Shown: piece after piece, positions 9,917 through 19,529 of the stretch
How the letters are laid out: each line of letters opens with the position of its first letter
Numbering within the stretch: the first letter of the stretch is position 1
NCBI GenBank assembly: GCA_002421665.1
Contig: DISH01000006.1
Span: forward strand, 153,784-217,783
Direction: 5' to 3'
DNA from: Candidatus Omnitrophica bacterium UBA6215
GTDB lineage: Bacteria > Omnitrophota > Gorgyraeia > Pluralincolimonadales > Pluralincolimonadaceae
DNA length: 64,000 nucleotides
The notes under the pieces: generated by a model
Told to the model about the DNA's origin: nothing
What the model saw: the letters and a program-made list of their open reading frames with translations, nothing else
Database searches by the model: none
Position numbers and translations under genes: made by a program

Positions 9917-10874
9917 CCAGTTTTTTTATGATGGCAGACTTCAATTCTTCCATTCCTTCTCCCGTAAGGGCGGATATCGCTATTATATCCTTTTTTACTT
10001 TCGACTTAAACTTTTTTAGATTTGACGGTGAAGCAGGCAAATCTATCTTGTTTGCCACCACAAGCTGCGCCCTCTTCTCGAGCCCTGCCCCGTACAGCTT
10101 TAACTCATTGTTCAGGACCTTGAAATCTTCGGCGGGGTTCCGCTGGTCGGTTCCGGCTATATCTATGACATGCACCAATATCGTGGTGCGTTCTATATGC
10201 CGCAAGAACTTGTCTCCCAGCCCCCTGCCGGCATGCGCGCCCTCTATGAGCCCCGGGATATCCGCCACTTTAAATGTCCTGCCTTGGCTGCCGTATTCTA
10301 CGATACCTAGCACAGGCTCCCTCGTCGTGAACGGGTAAGGGGCTATCTTAGGCTTCGCCTTCGATATCCTGGATATTATGGAGGATTTCCCCGCATTCGG
10401 AAAACCTATCAGGCCGCAATCGGCGATCAACTTCAGTTCCAGGCCCAGCATCTTCTCATCGCCGGGTTCGCCTTTTGTAGCAGGTTTCTTGGACGCATTG
10501 CCGCGGCCGCCTTTGCCGCCTCTCGCCGCGACAAACCTGTCACCTGCGGCTTTAAGGTCTCTCAAGATAGCGCCCGAGGCATGATCCCTTATTATAGTAC
10601 CGGGCGGGACCTGTATGACACAATCTTCCCCGTTCCTGCCGTTCTTGTTATTGGATGAGCCATTCTCGCCCTTTTGGGCTTTGAAGTGCTGGCGGTATTG
10701 GAAGTCGAGGAGAGTATGGATGTTCTCGTTGGCTAGGATTATGACATCACCGCCGTCACCGCCCGGACCGCCGTTCTGGACCGGGTAGCGGGCGAATTTA
10801 TCCTTGTAGAAACTCTGGCAGCCGTCGCCGCCCTTACCTGCTCTGACCTCGATCTTCGCAGTATCTACAAACAC
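9897..10874 (-). CDS. obg: GTPase Obg/CgtA
   Basis: MFVDTAKIEVRAGKGGDGCQSFYKDKF Obg-fold Gly-rich N-terminus. G domain GFPNAGKSS. Confidence 0.9.
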   Translation of the reverse strand: MFVDTAKIEVRAGKGGDGCQSFYKDKFARYPVQNGGPGGDGGDVIILANENIHTLLDFQYRQHFKAQKGENGSSNNKNGRNGEDCVIQVPPGTIIRDHASGAILRDLKAAGDRFVAARGGKGGRGNASKKPATKGEPGDEKMLGLELKLIADCGLIGFPNAGKSSIISRISKAKPKIAPYPFTTREPVLGIVEYGSQGRTFKVADIPGLIEGAHAGRGLGDKFLRHIERTTILVHVIDIAGTDQRNPAEDFKVLNNELKLYGAGLEKRAQLVVANKIDLPASPSNLKKFKSKVKKDIIAISALTGEGMEELKSAIIKKLDEAHEG

Positions 10875-10890
10875 CTTGGCTTTTAGCTTT

Positions 10891-11133
10891 TTATTGTGGT
10901 AGGACGCTGACTAATTTGGACTTGCTGAAAGTTACTATGCCGTCTTTCAAAGCGAACAACGTGTCATCCCTGCCTCTGCCGACGTTAAGACCCGGTTTCC
11001 ATGGGGTCCCCCGCTGCCTTATTATAATGCTTCCGGCAGTCACTTTCTGCCCGCCGTAAGCTTTTATCCCCAGCCTCTGGGAGTTGCTGTCGCGGCCGTT
11101 CCTGGTTGAACCTTGACCTTTATGATGAGCCAT
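10891..11133 (-). CDS. rpmA: 50S ribosomal protein L27
   Basis: [24 protein letters not shown]. No N-terminal propeptide, so no Prp protease is needed. Confidence 0.9.
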   Translation of the reverse strand: MAHHKGQGSTRNGRDSNSQRLGIKAYGGQKVTAGSIIIRQRGTPWKPGLNVGRGRDDTLFALKDGIVTFSKSKLVSVLPQ

Positions 11134-11154
11134 TTAAAGCCTCCTGATCCTTTC

Positions 11155-11469
11155 TTAAACCTTTATCTCTTTTACTTTTACTTTCGTTAAAAGCTGGCGG
11201 TGCCCCTTCTTCCAGCGTGAATCCTTCCTCCTGCGGTACTTGTAAGATATGGTCTTCTCGCCTTTCAGGTCGGAGACAACCTCACAAACGACCTTTGCGT
11301 CCTTAAGGTAGGGCTTGCCGAATTTGGCATCCTTACCGTCGGAGACCATGAGCACTTCCTTTATCGTAACTTCTTTTTCTCTCGCGGGATGCGATATGCG
11401 TTCTACGATGATCGTATCGCCTTTTACTACCTTATACTGCTTCCCGCCTGTCAATATTACGGCGTACAT
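11155..11469 (-). CDS. rplU: 50S ribosomal protein L21
   Basis: MYAVILTGGKQYKV... Confidence 0.9.
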   Translation of the reverse strand: MYAVILTGGKQYKVVKGDTIIVERISHPAREKEVTIKEVLMVSDGKDAKFGKPYLKDAKVVCEVVSDLKGEKTISYKYRRRKDSRWKKGHRQLLTKVKVKEIKV

Positions 11470-11506
11470 AAGAGACTCCTTCTATTGTTTTTTTGGATTT
11501 CGTGAA

Positions 11507-11535
11507 ATTATACCTTAAAACCGCCCGGGTGTCAA
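11507..11535 (-). promoter_or_regulatory. Consensus sigma70 promoter for rplU-rpmA-obg
   Basis: On the minus strand: TTGACA, 17 nt, TATAAT. An SD (gaaggag) follows before the rplU ATG. Confidence 0.6.
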
Positions 11536-11550
11536 GGAGATTGGGGCATA

Positions 11551-12066
11551 TCAGGCAGGCTGCAAAGCAATCCGGTAAACCTTCAGGTCCTTCTCCGAGA
11601 AGAGCGCGAACAAAACCTTATCCAGAACCTCAGGGTAGAAGGAAATGAACTTTCGCACGGTATTAATCGCGATCGGTGCGGCGATCTCTATAGGGAATCT
11701 GTAAGCTCCGGTAGATATGGACGGGAATGCTATCGACTTCAGGCTGCGCTTCTTGGCCAGTTCGAGGCAATTTCGATAACACGAAGCCAGCAATTCCGGC
11801 TCGCCATGCTTACCGTCACGCCAGACGGGGCCTACGGTATGTATAACGTATTTCGCGGGAAGGTTATAGCCCTTGGTTATCTTAGCCGCGCCGGTCTCGC
11901 ATCCGCCGAGCGCGGCGCATTCGGCAAGCAGCCCCGGGCCTGCCGCGCGATGTATAGCGCCGTCTACACCGCCGCCTCCCAAAAGCGTCTTATTGGCGGC
12001 GTTGATTACCGCATCTACGGTAAGCTTTGTTATATCGCCCAGGACAAGCTCGATCTCTGCCGGCAT
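11551..12066 (-). CDS. Macro-domain protein (YmdB-like O-acetyl-ADP-ribose deacetylase family)
   Basis: 171 aa. Has [16 protein letters not shown]...[14 protein letters not shown] and [14 protein letters not shown]. Confidence 0.75.
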   Translation of the reverse strand: MPAEIELVLGDITKLTVDAVINAANKTLLGGGGVDGAIHRAAGPGLLAECAALGGCETGAAKITKGYNLPAKYVIHTVGPVWRDGKHGEPELLASCYRNCLELAKKRSLKSIAFPSISTGAYRFPIEIAAPIAINTVRKFISFYPEVLDKVLFALFSEKDLKVYRIALQPA

Positions 12067-12079
12067 GGGAACGTGTCCC

Positions 12080-13576
12080 CTATATCAGCTTTATATCTTC
12101 AACGTGCAGCAGCGGATCGGCCTTAACGATTATCTTCGCGCGGAAATGCCGCTCTATAGATTCTATCGCAGGACGGTCCTCGTTGAATAGGCGCGAGGCG
12201 ACTTCCGGATGAGCATGCAATTCGACCTGCTTCTTCTTCGTCTCTTTCAGGTATTTCTTGACCTTCCGAAGCGCCTGGATCGACACAGTAGACACCGATT
12301 TGATAAGGCCCCTGCCCTGACAATAAGGACACTCGCGGAACGACATACTCTCCACACTGCGGCGCATCCTCTGGCGGGTCATCTCAACGAGGCAAAGCTC
12401 GGATAGCGGAGATACGTCCGTCTTGGCCTTATCGCGCTTGAGGGCATCATTTAAGGCCTCGAATACCCTGCGCCTGTGGGAAGCTTGCATCATATCGATA
12501 AAATCGATGACTATTATACCGCCCAGATCGCGCAACCTTATCTGGCGGGCTATCTCCCTGGAGGCCTCCATGTTCACTGCGAACGCGGTCTCCTCAAGGC
12601 TCTTCTTCTCGGTGAACTTGCCGCTGTTGACATCTATCGCGACCAGCCCTTCGGTAGGCTCTATTATTATATACCCGCCGCATTTCAGAGGGACCTTCCT
12701 CTCGAAAAGTTTCTCTACATCCTTTTCTATCATCTTCCTGTCAAAGAGGGGTATCTCGCCTTCGTACAACTCGACCTTCTGCCTCAAGTGGGGAGCAACG
12801 GCGCTAAGGAAATGCTGTATCTTCCTGTATTCATCCCGAGAATCGATGGTAAGTTTCTCGACATCCTCGGTAAGATAATCACGGCCCACCCTCAGGGTAA
12901 GATCGTACTCCTCATGCAGAAGCGCGGGCGCTGACTTGCGGGCTGCGCCTATCTTTATCTTCCTCCAAAGCCCAAGCAGGTACTTAAGGTCCCTGGCAAG
13001 CTCTCTCTTGGATTGGCCAATGCCGGCCGTCCTGATTATTACGCCCATGTCGCTGGGCACATCAAGCCCCCTTAATATCTCCTTGAGCCTGGCACGCTCC
13101 TTGTCATCGGATATGCGCCGGGATATGCCCAGGTGCCTGTCGAACGGCAGCAATACTATATAACGTCCCGGCAGTGATATATGCGTGGTCAGGCGCGCAC
13201 CTTTCGTCCCGAACGGTTCCTTAGTGACCTGTACAAGGACCTCCTGCCCCTTCTTTAGGAGCTGGTCTATGGACTGGTGGTGCCGCTGACGGTGCCGCTG
13301 TGTCTTTTTCTCTTCTTCTTCCTTATCCAGGGATTCGAAGTCCATCCCGAGCCCTACCACATCAGCCAGGTAAAGATAGCCGTTCTTCTCCAGCCCGAGC
13401 CCTACGAACGCAGCCTTTACCGCCGGAACGACCGAACTTACCCTTCCTTTAAATACATTACCTACAACCCTCTTTTCGCAATGCCTTTCTACCGAGAATT
13501 CCTCGAGGACCTTATCCTCCAATACCGCAAGCCTCTTTTCCTGCGGTTCGATGTTTATCAATATCTCTTTTGCCAT
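12080..13576 (-). CDS. rng: Ribonuclease G/E-family endoribonuclease
   Basis: 498 aa. N-terminal S1 domain ([23 protein letters not shown]), then a DNase-I-like catalytic core, then a C-terminal zinc-link CPYCQGRG. Confidence 0.85.
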   Translation of the reverse strand: MAKEILINIEPQEKRLAVLEDKVLEEFSVERHCEKRVVGNVFKGRVSSVVPAVKAAFVGLGLEKNGYLYLADVVGLGMDFESLDKEEEEKKTQRHRQRHHQSIDQLLKKGQEVLVQVTKEPFGTKGARLTTHISLPGRYIVLLPFDRHLGISRRISDDKERARLKEILRGLDVPSDMGVIIRTAGIGQSKRELARDLKYLLGLWRKIKIGAARKSAPALLHEEYDLTLRVGRDYLTEDVEKLTIDSRDEYRKIQHFLSAVAPHLRQKVELYEGEIPLFDRKMIEKDVEKLFERKVPLKCGGYIIIEPTEGLVAIDVNSGKFTEKKSLEETAFAVNMEASREIARQIRLRDLGGIIVIDFIDMMQASHRRRVFEALNDALKRDKAKTDVSPLSELCLVEMTRQRMRRSVESMSFRECPYCQGRGLIKSVSTVSIQALRKVKKYLKETKKKQVELHAHPEVASRLFNEDRPAIESIERHFRAKIIVKADPLLHVEDIKLI

Positions 13577-13839
13577 TAATTTATTTCCTCTATATTCTTC
13601 AAAAAAATACCTTCGGGCAGCTGTGCCTGCAACCTGTTAATGAAATCCTCCGGCAAGATGCCGGTATGCACCTGTAAAGACATCTCTTCGGCCTCGCTTT
13701 CAAGGCCGAGCTTAAGCGCTCTCTTGAAACTCATCTTGGGCCGCGGGCTGAAACCCTGTGACATAACCAGCGGAAGGTCCGCCCTTCTCGCAGCGCGTTG
13801 GAACAGCCTTTGAAGGTCAAGGTGGGATATGAACTTCAT
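13576..13839 (-). CDS. Short DUF2344/TIGR03936-like 'radical-SAM-linked' protein
   Basis: MKFISHLDLQRLFQRAARRADLPLVMSQGFSPRPKMSF matches the conserved N-terminal core of that family. It is only ~87-105 aa (alternative GTG start at 13893). Its stop overlaps the rng start. Confidence 0.5.
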   Translation of the reverse strand: MKFISHLDLQRLFQRAARRADLPLVMSQGFSPRPKMSFKRALKLGLESEAEEMSLQVHTGILPEDFINRLQAQLPEGIFLKNIEEIN

Positions 13840-13882
13840 GGGGCCCTTCTTCGCAAATACTACGCGGAAAGCCCTGCGGATG

Positions 13883-14170
13883 TCATTGACCACTTTCGAC
13901 CTGATCCCTGGTACTCTTGACATCCTTCTTGATATCTGCGATATCTTTACGCAGTTTTTCAAGTTCGCTGAGTATCGCCATATTCTCCTTATGAAGGACA
14001 TAGGTTATGTCCCTGACCAAAAGATCCGTGCCTTTTACGGCCTCAGACCCCCTTATAAGCGCTGCATCGGAATATTGGTTCTCGAAATCGGCGATACTGA
14101 TATCATCGGCAGCCGCTATCGAAGGCGCCGCCGCGAAAAAAACCAACAATAACACCCAAATCCCTTTCAC
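13883..14170 (-). CDS. Small secreted protein (signal peptide + charged coiled-coil), last gene of pilMNOPQ operon
   Basis: GTG start with a strong aaggagg SD embedded in the end of pilQ. Signal peptide KGIWVLLLVFFAAAPSIAAADD. The rest is K/E/D-rich helical sequence. Confidence 0.5.
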   Translation of the reverse strand: MKGIWVLLLVFFAAAPSIAAADDISIADFENQYSDAALIRGSEAVKGTDLLVRDITYVLHKENMAILSELEKLRKDIADIKKDVKSTRDQVESGQ

Positions 14171-14180
14171 TTTCTCCTCC

Positions 14181-15944
14181 TTACCTCGTATTCAAATATC
14201 CCGCGTTCCCATTAGCGGACTTCTTGGCTTTACTGTATCCTTCAACCTTAATACCGGAATCCTTTTTCTCCTTGTTCTTGTCATCCTTTTTGGCCGGCTG
14301 CGGGCTTATGTTAGGCTGACCGGCTTCGAGCGCTTGCTTGACCATCGCCATATCCTGCTCGGTCAGCTCGCCGGGTTTTATTATGCGCGCGGTGATAAAT
14401 ATCAAGAGGTCGATCTTCTCTACGTCATCCGTATACCTTGTGAACAACGCACCTAATACCGGTATATCGCTCAAAAGAGGAACCCCTATCTTGCCTTTCG
14501 ATTTAACGTCCTTAAGCAGGCCTCCTATAACTATCGTCTCTCCGTCCCTCATGAGGACCTGGGTCTCGGCTTCCCTCGTTACCAGTATAGGATATTCGTT
14601 ATCGCTGACCGTCTCGGTAAACGACGATATTACAGGGTGGACTATCATGTTCACGTATTGTTCATCGCCGGTTATCTGCGGTACAACATAAAGCTGTATA
14701 CCGACATCCTGGTAATATGCGAGGTTTATCGTGGCGTTACCCGCCGTACCGGATATCTGGGTCTCGATTATCGGATACTTCTGGCCGATAAGGATAAGGG
14801 CCTCCTGGCCCGATAACGTCAATATCTTTGGGGCGGATAGCGTATTGGTCCTTACGTCCTCCTCGAGCGCATGCACCATAACTTCCATCTGCCTGCCCAT
14901 AAGTTTCTCGAAAAGGACCTCTATGCCCGCATTCTCGGCAGTCAACCCCGAAGCCAACGGCACGAAGTTTGCGGGGCTGAAACTGTTGTCATCGGAAGAT
15001 GAATAGTTCCGTCCGGTCATAACCCCGGTATGGTGCCCGCTTCCTACATTCACGGTACCTAAAAGGTCGCCGTTAGCATCGGTTCTTCCCGCATGGGTCT
15101 GCAGCCTTGTGCCGCTGCTGAATTCCACTCCGAGGTCTTTCAGGACGTCCCTGTTGACCTCCATTATCCTGGCCTCTATCAGGACCTGTTGCGGCTTTAC
15201 ATCTATCTCTTTGAGTATCTTGGCTATCCTCTCGAGGGAGCTCGGAGTATCGGTTATTATAAGGGAATGCGAACGCGCGTTCTCCCTTTCCCTGCGCTCC
15301 TTGCCCTGGTCGGTTTCCTGTCCGCCGGCGGCAGGCACGCCGACCTTCCATCCCTTCTGGCCGGTTATCTCGAGGACCGATATCTTGCCTTGCGGCGACA
15401 GCTGCGGCTCCAGCATCTTCTTGGCATCTACCGCATCCAGGAACTGCAGCGAAAAGACCTTGCTCGTCACGCCTTCTATTTCTGTCAGTTCCCTTTGTTT
15501 CTCCCTGCGTTCCTTCAGACCGTCCACGGTGGAGACCGTTATGATATTGCCGTCCCTCTCGTAGGCAAAACCGTAAGTATTGAGTATTACGGCAAGGGCC
15601 TGTTCCCACGGGACATCCACAAGGCGGATAGTGACCGTACCAACTACCTCCTTGCCGGCAACGATATTTATCCCGCTCTTATAGGCAAGCACCCTGAGGA
15701 CGTTCTGTATATCGGCATCCTTGAAATCAAGGGTAATATTGCCTGATTTGTCTTCTTCGGAGGGAGATGTCTCGACCGGTTTTATGGTCACGACCGGCAT
15801 CTCTTCCTCCTGCACTTCCACCTCTACTACCGGCTCATCCTGCGGCAGAGGCGTAACTTCCGCTGCATCCTGTCCCAGGGCAGGCAAAACAAAGATCGCC
15901 GAAAAAAGACAGGTGAAAAGAATAACTGATATCCTTCTGGTCAT
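14181..15944 (-). CDS. pilQ: Type IV pilus secretin PilQ
   Basis: 587 aa. Signal peptide. Secretin_N domain (NITLDFKDADIQNVLRVLAYKSGINIV). C-terminal secretin domain (PILVTREAETQVLMRDGETIVIGGL...VPLLSDIPVLGALF). Confidence 0.85.
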   Translation of the reverse strand: MTRRISVILFTCLFSAIFVLPALGQDAAEVTPLPQDEPVVEVEVQEEEMPVVTIKPVETSPSEEDKSGNITLDFKDADIQNVLRVLAYKSGINIVAGKEVVGTVTIRLVDVPWEQALAVILNTYGFAYERDGNIITVSTVDGLKERREKQRELTEIEGVTSKVFSLQFLDAVDAKKMLEPQLSPQGKISVLEITGQKGWKVGVPAAGGQETDQGKERRERENARSHSLIITDTPSSLERIAKILKEIDVKPQQVLIEARIMEVNRDVLKDLGVEFSSGTRLQTHAGRTDANGDLLGTVNVGSGHHTGVMTGRNYSSSDDNSFSPANFVPLASGLTAENAGIEVLFEKLMGRQMEVMVHALEEDVRTNTLSAPKILTLSGQEALILIGQKYPIIETQISGTAGNATINLAYYQDVGIQLYVVPQITGDEQYVNMIVHPVISSFTETVSDNEYPILVTREAETQVLMRDGETIVIGGLLKDVKSKGKIGVPLLSDIPVLGALFTRYTDDVEKIDLLIFITARIIKPGELTEQDMAMVKQALEAGQPNISPQPAKKDDKNKEKKDSGIKVEGYSKAKKSANGNAGYLNTR

Positions 15945-15945
15945 T

Positions 15946-16299
15946 TTATTCCTCCTGACTCCTTGAAATAAGAACTATATCTTCTCCTGCCCTGTTTAGG
16001 GTAACTTCATCCTCTGTTATTTTTATGACCTTATAATCCCCGAGTATATCGCCCACTCTCAGGACGGTGCCGCTTATCAGGGCATAAGAATCTCCGCCCT
16101 CCGACCAAACTATTCCCTCAAGATTGAGTTGGACGGACGAGTTCGCCGGCCTGGCCTCCGGGAGTATGTTGCCGTCTTTATCTACCAACGGCCTGAAGGG
16201 ATCTCTTTTGTTATTGACGTTATATTTGAATACCGGCTGGGCAAAAACAAACGGGACAACCGTAAACACCAGGATAGCGGCCAATATCATCTTCCTCAT
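15946..16299 (-). CDS. pilP: Pilus assembly protein PilP-like
   Basis: 117 aa. Signal peptide plus a beta domain. Position between pilO and pilQ. Confidence 0.6.
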   Translation of the reverse strand: MRKMILAAILVFTVVPFVFAQPVFKYNVNNKRDPFRPLVDKDGNILPEARPANSSVQLNLEGIVWSEGGDSYALISGTVLRVGDILGDYKVIKITEDEVTLNRAGEDIVLISRSQEE

Positions 16300-16928
16300 T
16301 TAGCCTTGGCCTCCTCATTCAGTACATAGGCGATTATGAGCAGTCTGGCGCTGTGGTTGGATATATCATCGGCGTTGGAATGCAATTCTATATCGCCTAT
16401 AGACATCACATTGGGGGCGGTCTCGACCCTGTTTATAAACTCGGCTATTTCATGGTAACCGCCTCTCGCCTCTACCTGAATAGGTATCTCGGAATATAAC
16501 GCCTTAGGCTTTCCGGCTTCCTGCTTGGCAACCGGTTTGCCCTTTGCCCCATTTGAAGGATTTAACTGTTTCTCGGAACGTAACGGTTCTATCTTGCTTA
16601 TCTTTACTTTGCAATCCGAGGCCATACCTGAGATCTCTTGCAATATATTCGGCATGTCCGTATGTGCGGGTATGGCCTTTTCATAAGCATCCACCTGCGC
16701 CGTAAGCTTTTCGAGCCGTTTCTCGAGTTGCGGTTTATTTTTTATAAGGCTATCCGCATTCTTAAGGGCTTCGCGTTCCCTGGTTATATCCTTATTGAGC
16801 TTCCCGATACCGCCCAAAAGCGGTAATGTCGAGAATTGGATAAGCGCAAAAAAAGCTATCGCTACCCCTATGCCTATCAGGACCAGTTTTTCCGTGTCTT
16901 CTTTGGAAAGTTTCGGCTTCTCCGCCAA
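16296..16928 (-). CDS. pilO: Pilus assembly protein PilO
   Basis: Single N-terminal TM, then a coiled coil, then an ferredoxin-like domain. Synteny pilM-N-O-P-Q. Confidence 0.7.
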   Translation of the reverse strand: MAEKPKLSKEDTEKLVLIGIGVAIAFFALIQFSTLPLLGGIGKLNKDITREREALKNADSLIKNKPQLEKRLEKLTAQVDAYEKAIPAHTDMPNILQEISGMASDCKVKISKIEPLRSEKQLNPSNGAKGKPVAKQEAGKPKALYSEIPIQVEARGGYHEIAEFINRVETAPNVMSIGDIELHSNADDISNHSARLLIIAYVLNEEAKAK

Positions 16929-16929
16929 G

Positions 16930-17544
16930 TTAAAGCCCTCTCCCTTTCTTAAAATGGCAGATTATGACAAAATCCATTATCTCGGTATTCTTGATCTTCT
17001 TCCTTTCGACTTTGGAAAGCTCTATCTCATCGAAATCGCTAAAGAACGATTGGTTATCTTTAAGGGCATTTACAAACGGGCCTATGCACCCGTCTTCGCG
17101 GCCGTCCCCTACCACGCTCGAGCCTTCTATTACCATGACCTCTTTCAGGAACCCCGGCTCTCCGGAAGATTCTCCCTTCTTTACGTCCAGGCTGCGCAGC
17201 CACACGCCGGGGACCATGGAATTTGAAAGGTCGTTCAACTTCCTGGCCAGGTTAAACCTCGACGTCCTTAATTTATCTACGGCATCGGCCTTAACGGAAA
17301 GTGCCTTGACAGAGCTGTCTACCTTTACCGCATCGGAATTGGCAATTTGTACCGCTTCATTCTTTTTCTTCAGCGAAGCCAGCGCCGCCCCTTTGAATTG
17401 CAGGACTAGGAACAGCAATACCTGGAGCACAACAAGGGCAATTACTATGGCTACGGCTATCGGCACCACAGGCAAGGCAGGAAGGTCAATGGGCTCTTTC
17501 TTCCTGACCCTCATCTGCACCGGCAAAAGGTTTATCTCTATCAT
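16930..17544 (-). CDS. pilN: Pilus assembly protein PilN
   Basis: MIEINLLPVQMR... is a typical PilN start. Single TM. Confidence 0.7.
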   Translation of the reverse strand: MIEINLLPVQMRVRKKEPIDLPALPVVPIAVAIVIALVVLQVLLFLVLQFKGAALASLKKKNEAVQIANSDAVKVDSSVKALSVKADAVDKLRTSRFNLARKLNDLSNSMVPGVWLRSLDVKKGESSGEPGFLKEVMVIEGSSVVGDGREDGCIGPFVNALKDNQSFFSDFDEIELSKVERKKIKNTEIMDFVIICHFKKGRGL

Positions 17545-17545
17545 A

Positions 17546-18472
17546 TCATTGCCTTATAGCCAATCCTATACATACCGCCATCTGGCCCGAGATTTCCTTA
17601 AGCGCCTTGGAATCCACTTTCGGCGAAATAACAAGTTTGGCCGTAGGGTCCCATACTATCATCTCTAACCCGAAAGCCTGCTTAAGCCTTTCGTTGACCG
17701 CCGTATCCTTGGCCCCTCCGCCGCTTATATATATCCCGTCTATCCCCTTGCCGAACTGGTTCTCATAATAATCGAAAGACAGCCTTATCTGGGTCTCGAG
17801 GGCATCTATACTCTTTATCTCAACCGGGATATCGCGTGCAAAATTAAGCGTTTCATCCTTTAATATGCAAACGTTCGTCATGCTGGCGCCGATATTCAGC
17901 AAAGCTACCGTCCTGTCCTTTCCGGCACCCGCATTGTTGAAAATAAATGAATTTGTTACGGCTATGGAATCGCAATCAACGGCTTCGGGCGCTATGCCTG
18001 CATCGTTCATGTAGGTTATATACTCACCCACGAGGTCCTTCTTTGCGGCTACTATAAGCACTTTTACCTTGCCGCCCTCGACCTTGCCGTCAATCATCTG
18101 CGCGTCTATATATACTTCATTTATACCAAAAGGTATGTACTTCTCAGCCTCGAATTGCAGCGCGGAATGCAATTCGTCTGAACTCAACTTGGGGAAAAGC
18201 ACCTGCCTGACAACTACAGATTGGCCCGAGACCGATATTACCGCTTTCTGTATCTTCGTCTCCTGCTTCGCAATGAAACGCTTAAGGGCAGCGGCAACGC
18301 TTTCCCTGGAACGCTCTCCCTCTATCTGTTCGATGGAAAAACGGTCGATCTGCATGGCGCCCGTCTTTTGTTTTGAGATGAAAACGGACTTTATTGAGGA
18401 GGTCCCGATATCCAGCGCGACCTTATTCTTTGACGCGCCCAGGTTCAAGAAGGGTATTTTTATCTCTTTCAT
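17546..18472 (-). CDS. pilM: Pilus assembly protein PilM (actin-like ATPase fold)
   Basis: 308 aa. DIGTSSIKSV and GGGA motifs (FtsA/MreB-like fold). Confidence 0.85.
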   Translation of the reverse strand: MKEIKIPFLNLGASKNKVALDIGTSSIKSVFISKQKTGAMQIDRFSIEQIEGERSRESVAAALKRFIAKQETKIQKAVISVSGQSVVVRQVLFPKLSSDELHSALQFEAEKYIPFGINEVYIDAQMIDGKVEGGKVKVLIVAAKKDLVGEYITYMNDAGIAPEAVDCDSIAVTNSFIFNNAGAGKDRTVALLNIGASMTNVCILKDETLNFARDIPVEIKSIDALETQIRLSFDYYENQFGKGIDGIYISGGGAKDTAVNERLKQAFGLEMIVWDPTAKLVISPKVDSKALKEISGQMAVCIGLAIRQ

Positions 18473-18475
18473 GTC

Positions 18476-18934
18476 TTATTCGATCGGCGTATCGGTGCTG
18501 CCGGCCCTATCCCCGGCCTTCGCCCTTATTATACCCGTCTCATCGGTAAAGAAGTACCTGTTGCCTGTCTTGCCAGGAGAAACAGGGTCCGCGTTCAGGT
18601 CAAAGTTCTCGGAGTCTGAAAATGAATAATCGAACTGGTAGCCTTGCTTTTTCCCTTTGACAGCCAGGACCGAATCAAGATACGGAGGATCGGATTTCGG
18701 TGCCGCAAGCTCATCAAGAGACGCTGGATAAGTATGGGGGTTGCTGTTCGTGTAATAACTTTGGCAGGCGGTCTGTATCGTCTTGCATGATACTATAGCG
18801 GATGCCTCATTGGCATTTATCCTGGAAGTCAAGAAAATGGGTATGGCAATGGCCGCCAAAGTTGAAATGATGGCGATGACGATCATTATCTCAACCAAAG
18901 TAAAACCGTAGTTTGTATATTTTTCTCTCGCCAT
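18476..18934 (-). CDS. Type IV pilin paralog A (prepilin)
   Basis: Class III signal: leader MAREKYTNYG | FTLVEIMIVIAIISTLAAIAIP. It is 3 nt upstream of pilM. Confidence 0.8.
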   Translation of the reverse strand: MAREKYTNYGFTLVEIMIVIAIISTLAAIAIPIFLTSRINANEASAIVSCKTIQTACQSYYTNSNPHTYPASLDELAAPKSDPPYLDSVLAVKGKKQGYQFDYSFSDSENFDLNADPVSPGKTGNRYFFTDETGIIRAKAGDRAGSTDTPIE

Positions 18935-18997
18935 TGAATTTTAGTTTATATTTTTTACGCAAAAAAGTCAAGAAAAATTCCGAATTTTCACTAATCG

Positions 18998-19026
18998 TTG
19001 ATATTGAGGCTGCGTTGTAGTATACT
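18998..19026 (+). promoter_or_regulatory. Consensus sigma70 promoter for minor-pilin operon
   Basis: TTGATA, 17 nt, TATACT, followed by SD gggagga and the ATG at 19047. Confidence 0.6.
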
Positions 19027-19046
19027 TTTATCGGGAGGATAATAAG

Positions 19047-19529
19047 ATGTTTACCTCACGCAGGACAAGAGGTTTCACCCTTCTGGAGTTAATGCTCTCT
19101 GCCGCGATACTTATCGTGGCAATAGGGGGGCTTTTATCGGCCTATATATTGTGTTTCCACCTTACCGAAACCGCTAAGAACACTACACTTGCCACTAATG
19201 CCATCCAGCTTAAAATGGAAGAGATCCGCGACACGGATTTTGACGAGATAATAACGGACTACGACAATACCACTTTCGCAGTAAATGGTTTCAGCGCGGG
19301 GCAGGCCATCGGGGCCATCACCGTCGAAAGCATTAGTACGGACCTGTTGAGGGTGACCGTAAGCGTTTGCTGGCGTCAAAGCGGCAACAGGATAATGGGC
19401 GAGGATAACGGCAGAGGCGGCGGAGTGATCCTAAGCGGGCATCTTGAAGGCACCGAAGATGTGAACGGGAACGGCATCGTGGATTCGCCCGCGATGATCT
19501 CCACCCTTATGATAAACAGGGGCACATGA
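19047..19529 (+). CDS. Minor pilin, PilV/GspI-like
   Basis: RTRGFTLLELMLSAAILIVAIGG prepilin N-terminal methylation motif. Confidence 0.7.
   Translation: MFTSRRTRGFTLLELMLSAAILIVAIGGLLSAYILCFHLTETAKNTTLATNAIQLKMEEIRDTDFDEIITDYDNTTFAVNGFSAGQAIGAITVESISTDLLRVTVSVCWRQSGNRIMGEDNGRGGGVILSGHLEGTEDVNGNGIVDSPAMISTLMINRGT

Noticed and set aside
15073-15609. 178-aa minus-strand ORF rich in Arg/Gly/Gln
   Set aside because: It is an alternative frame inside pilQ. It is low complexity and has no support.
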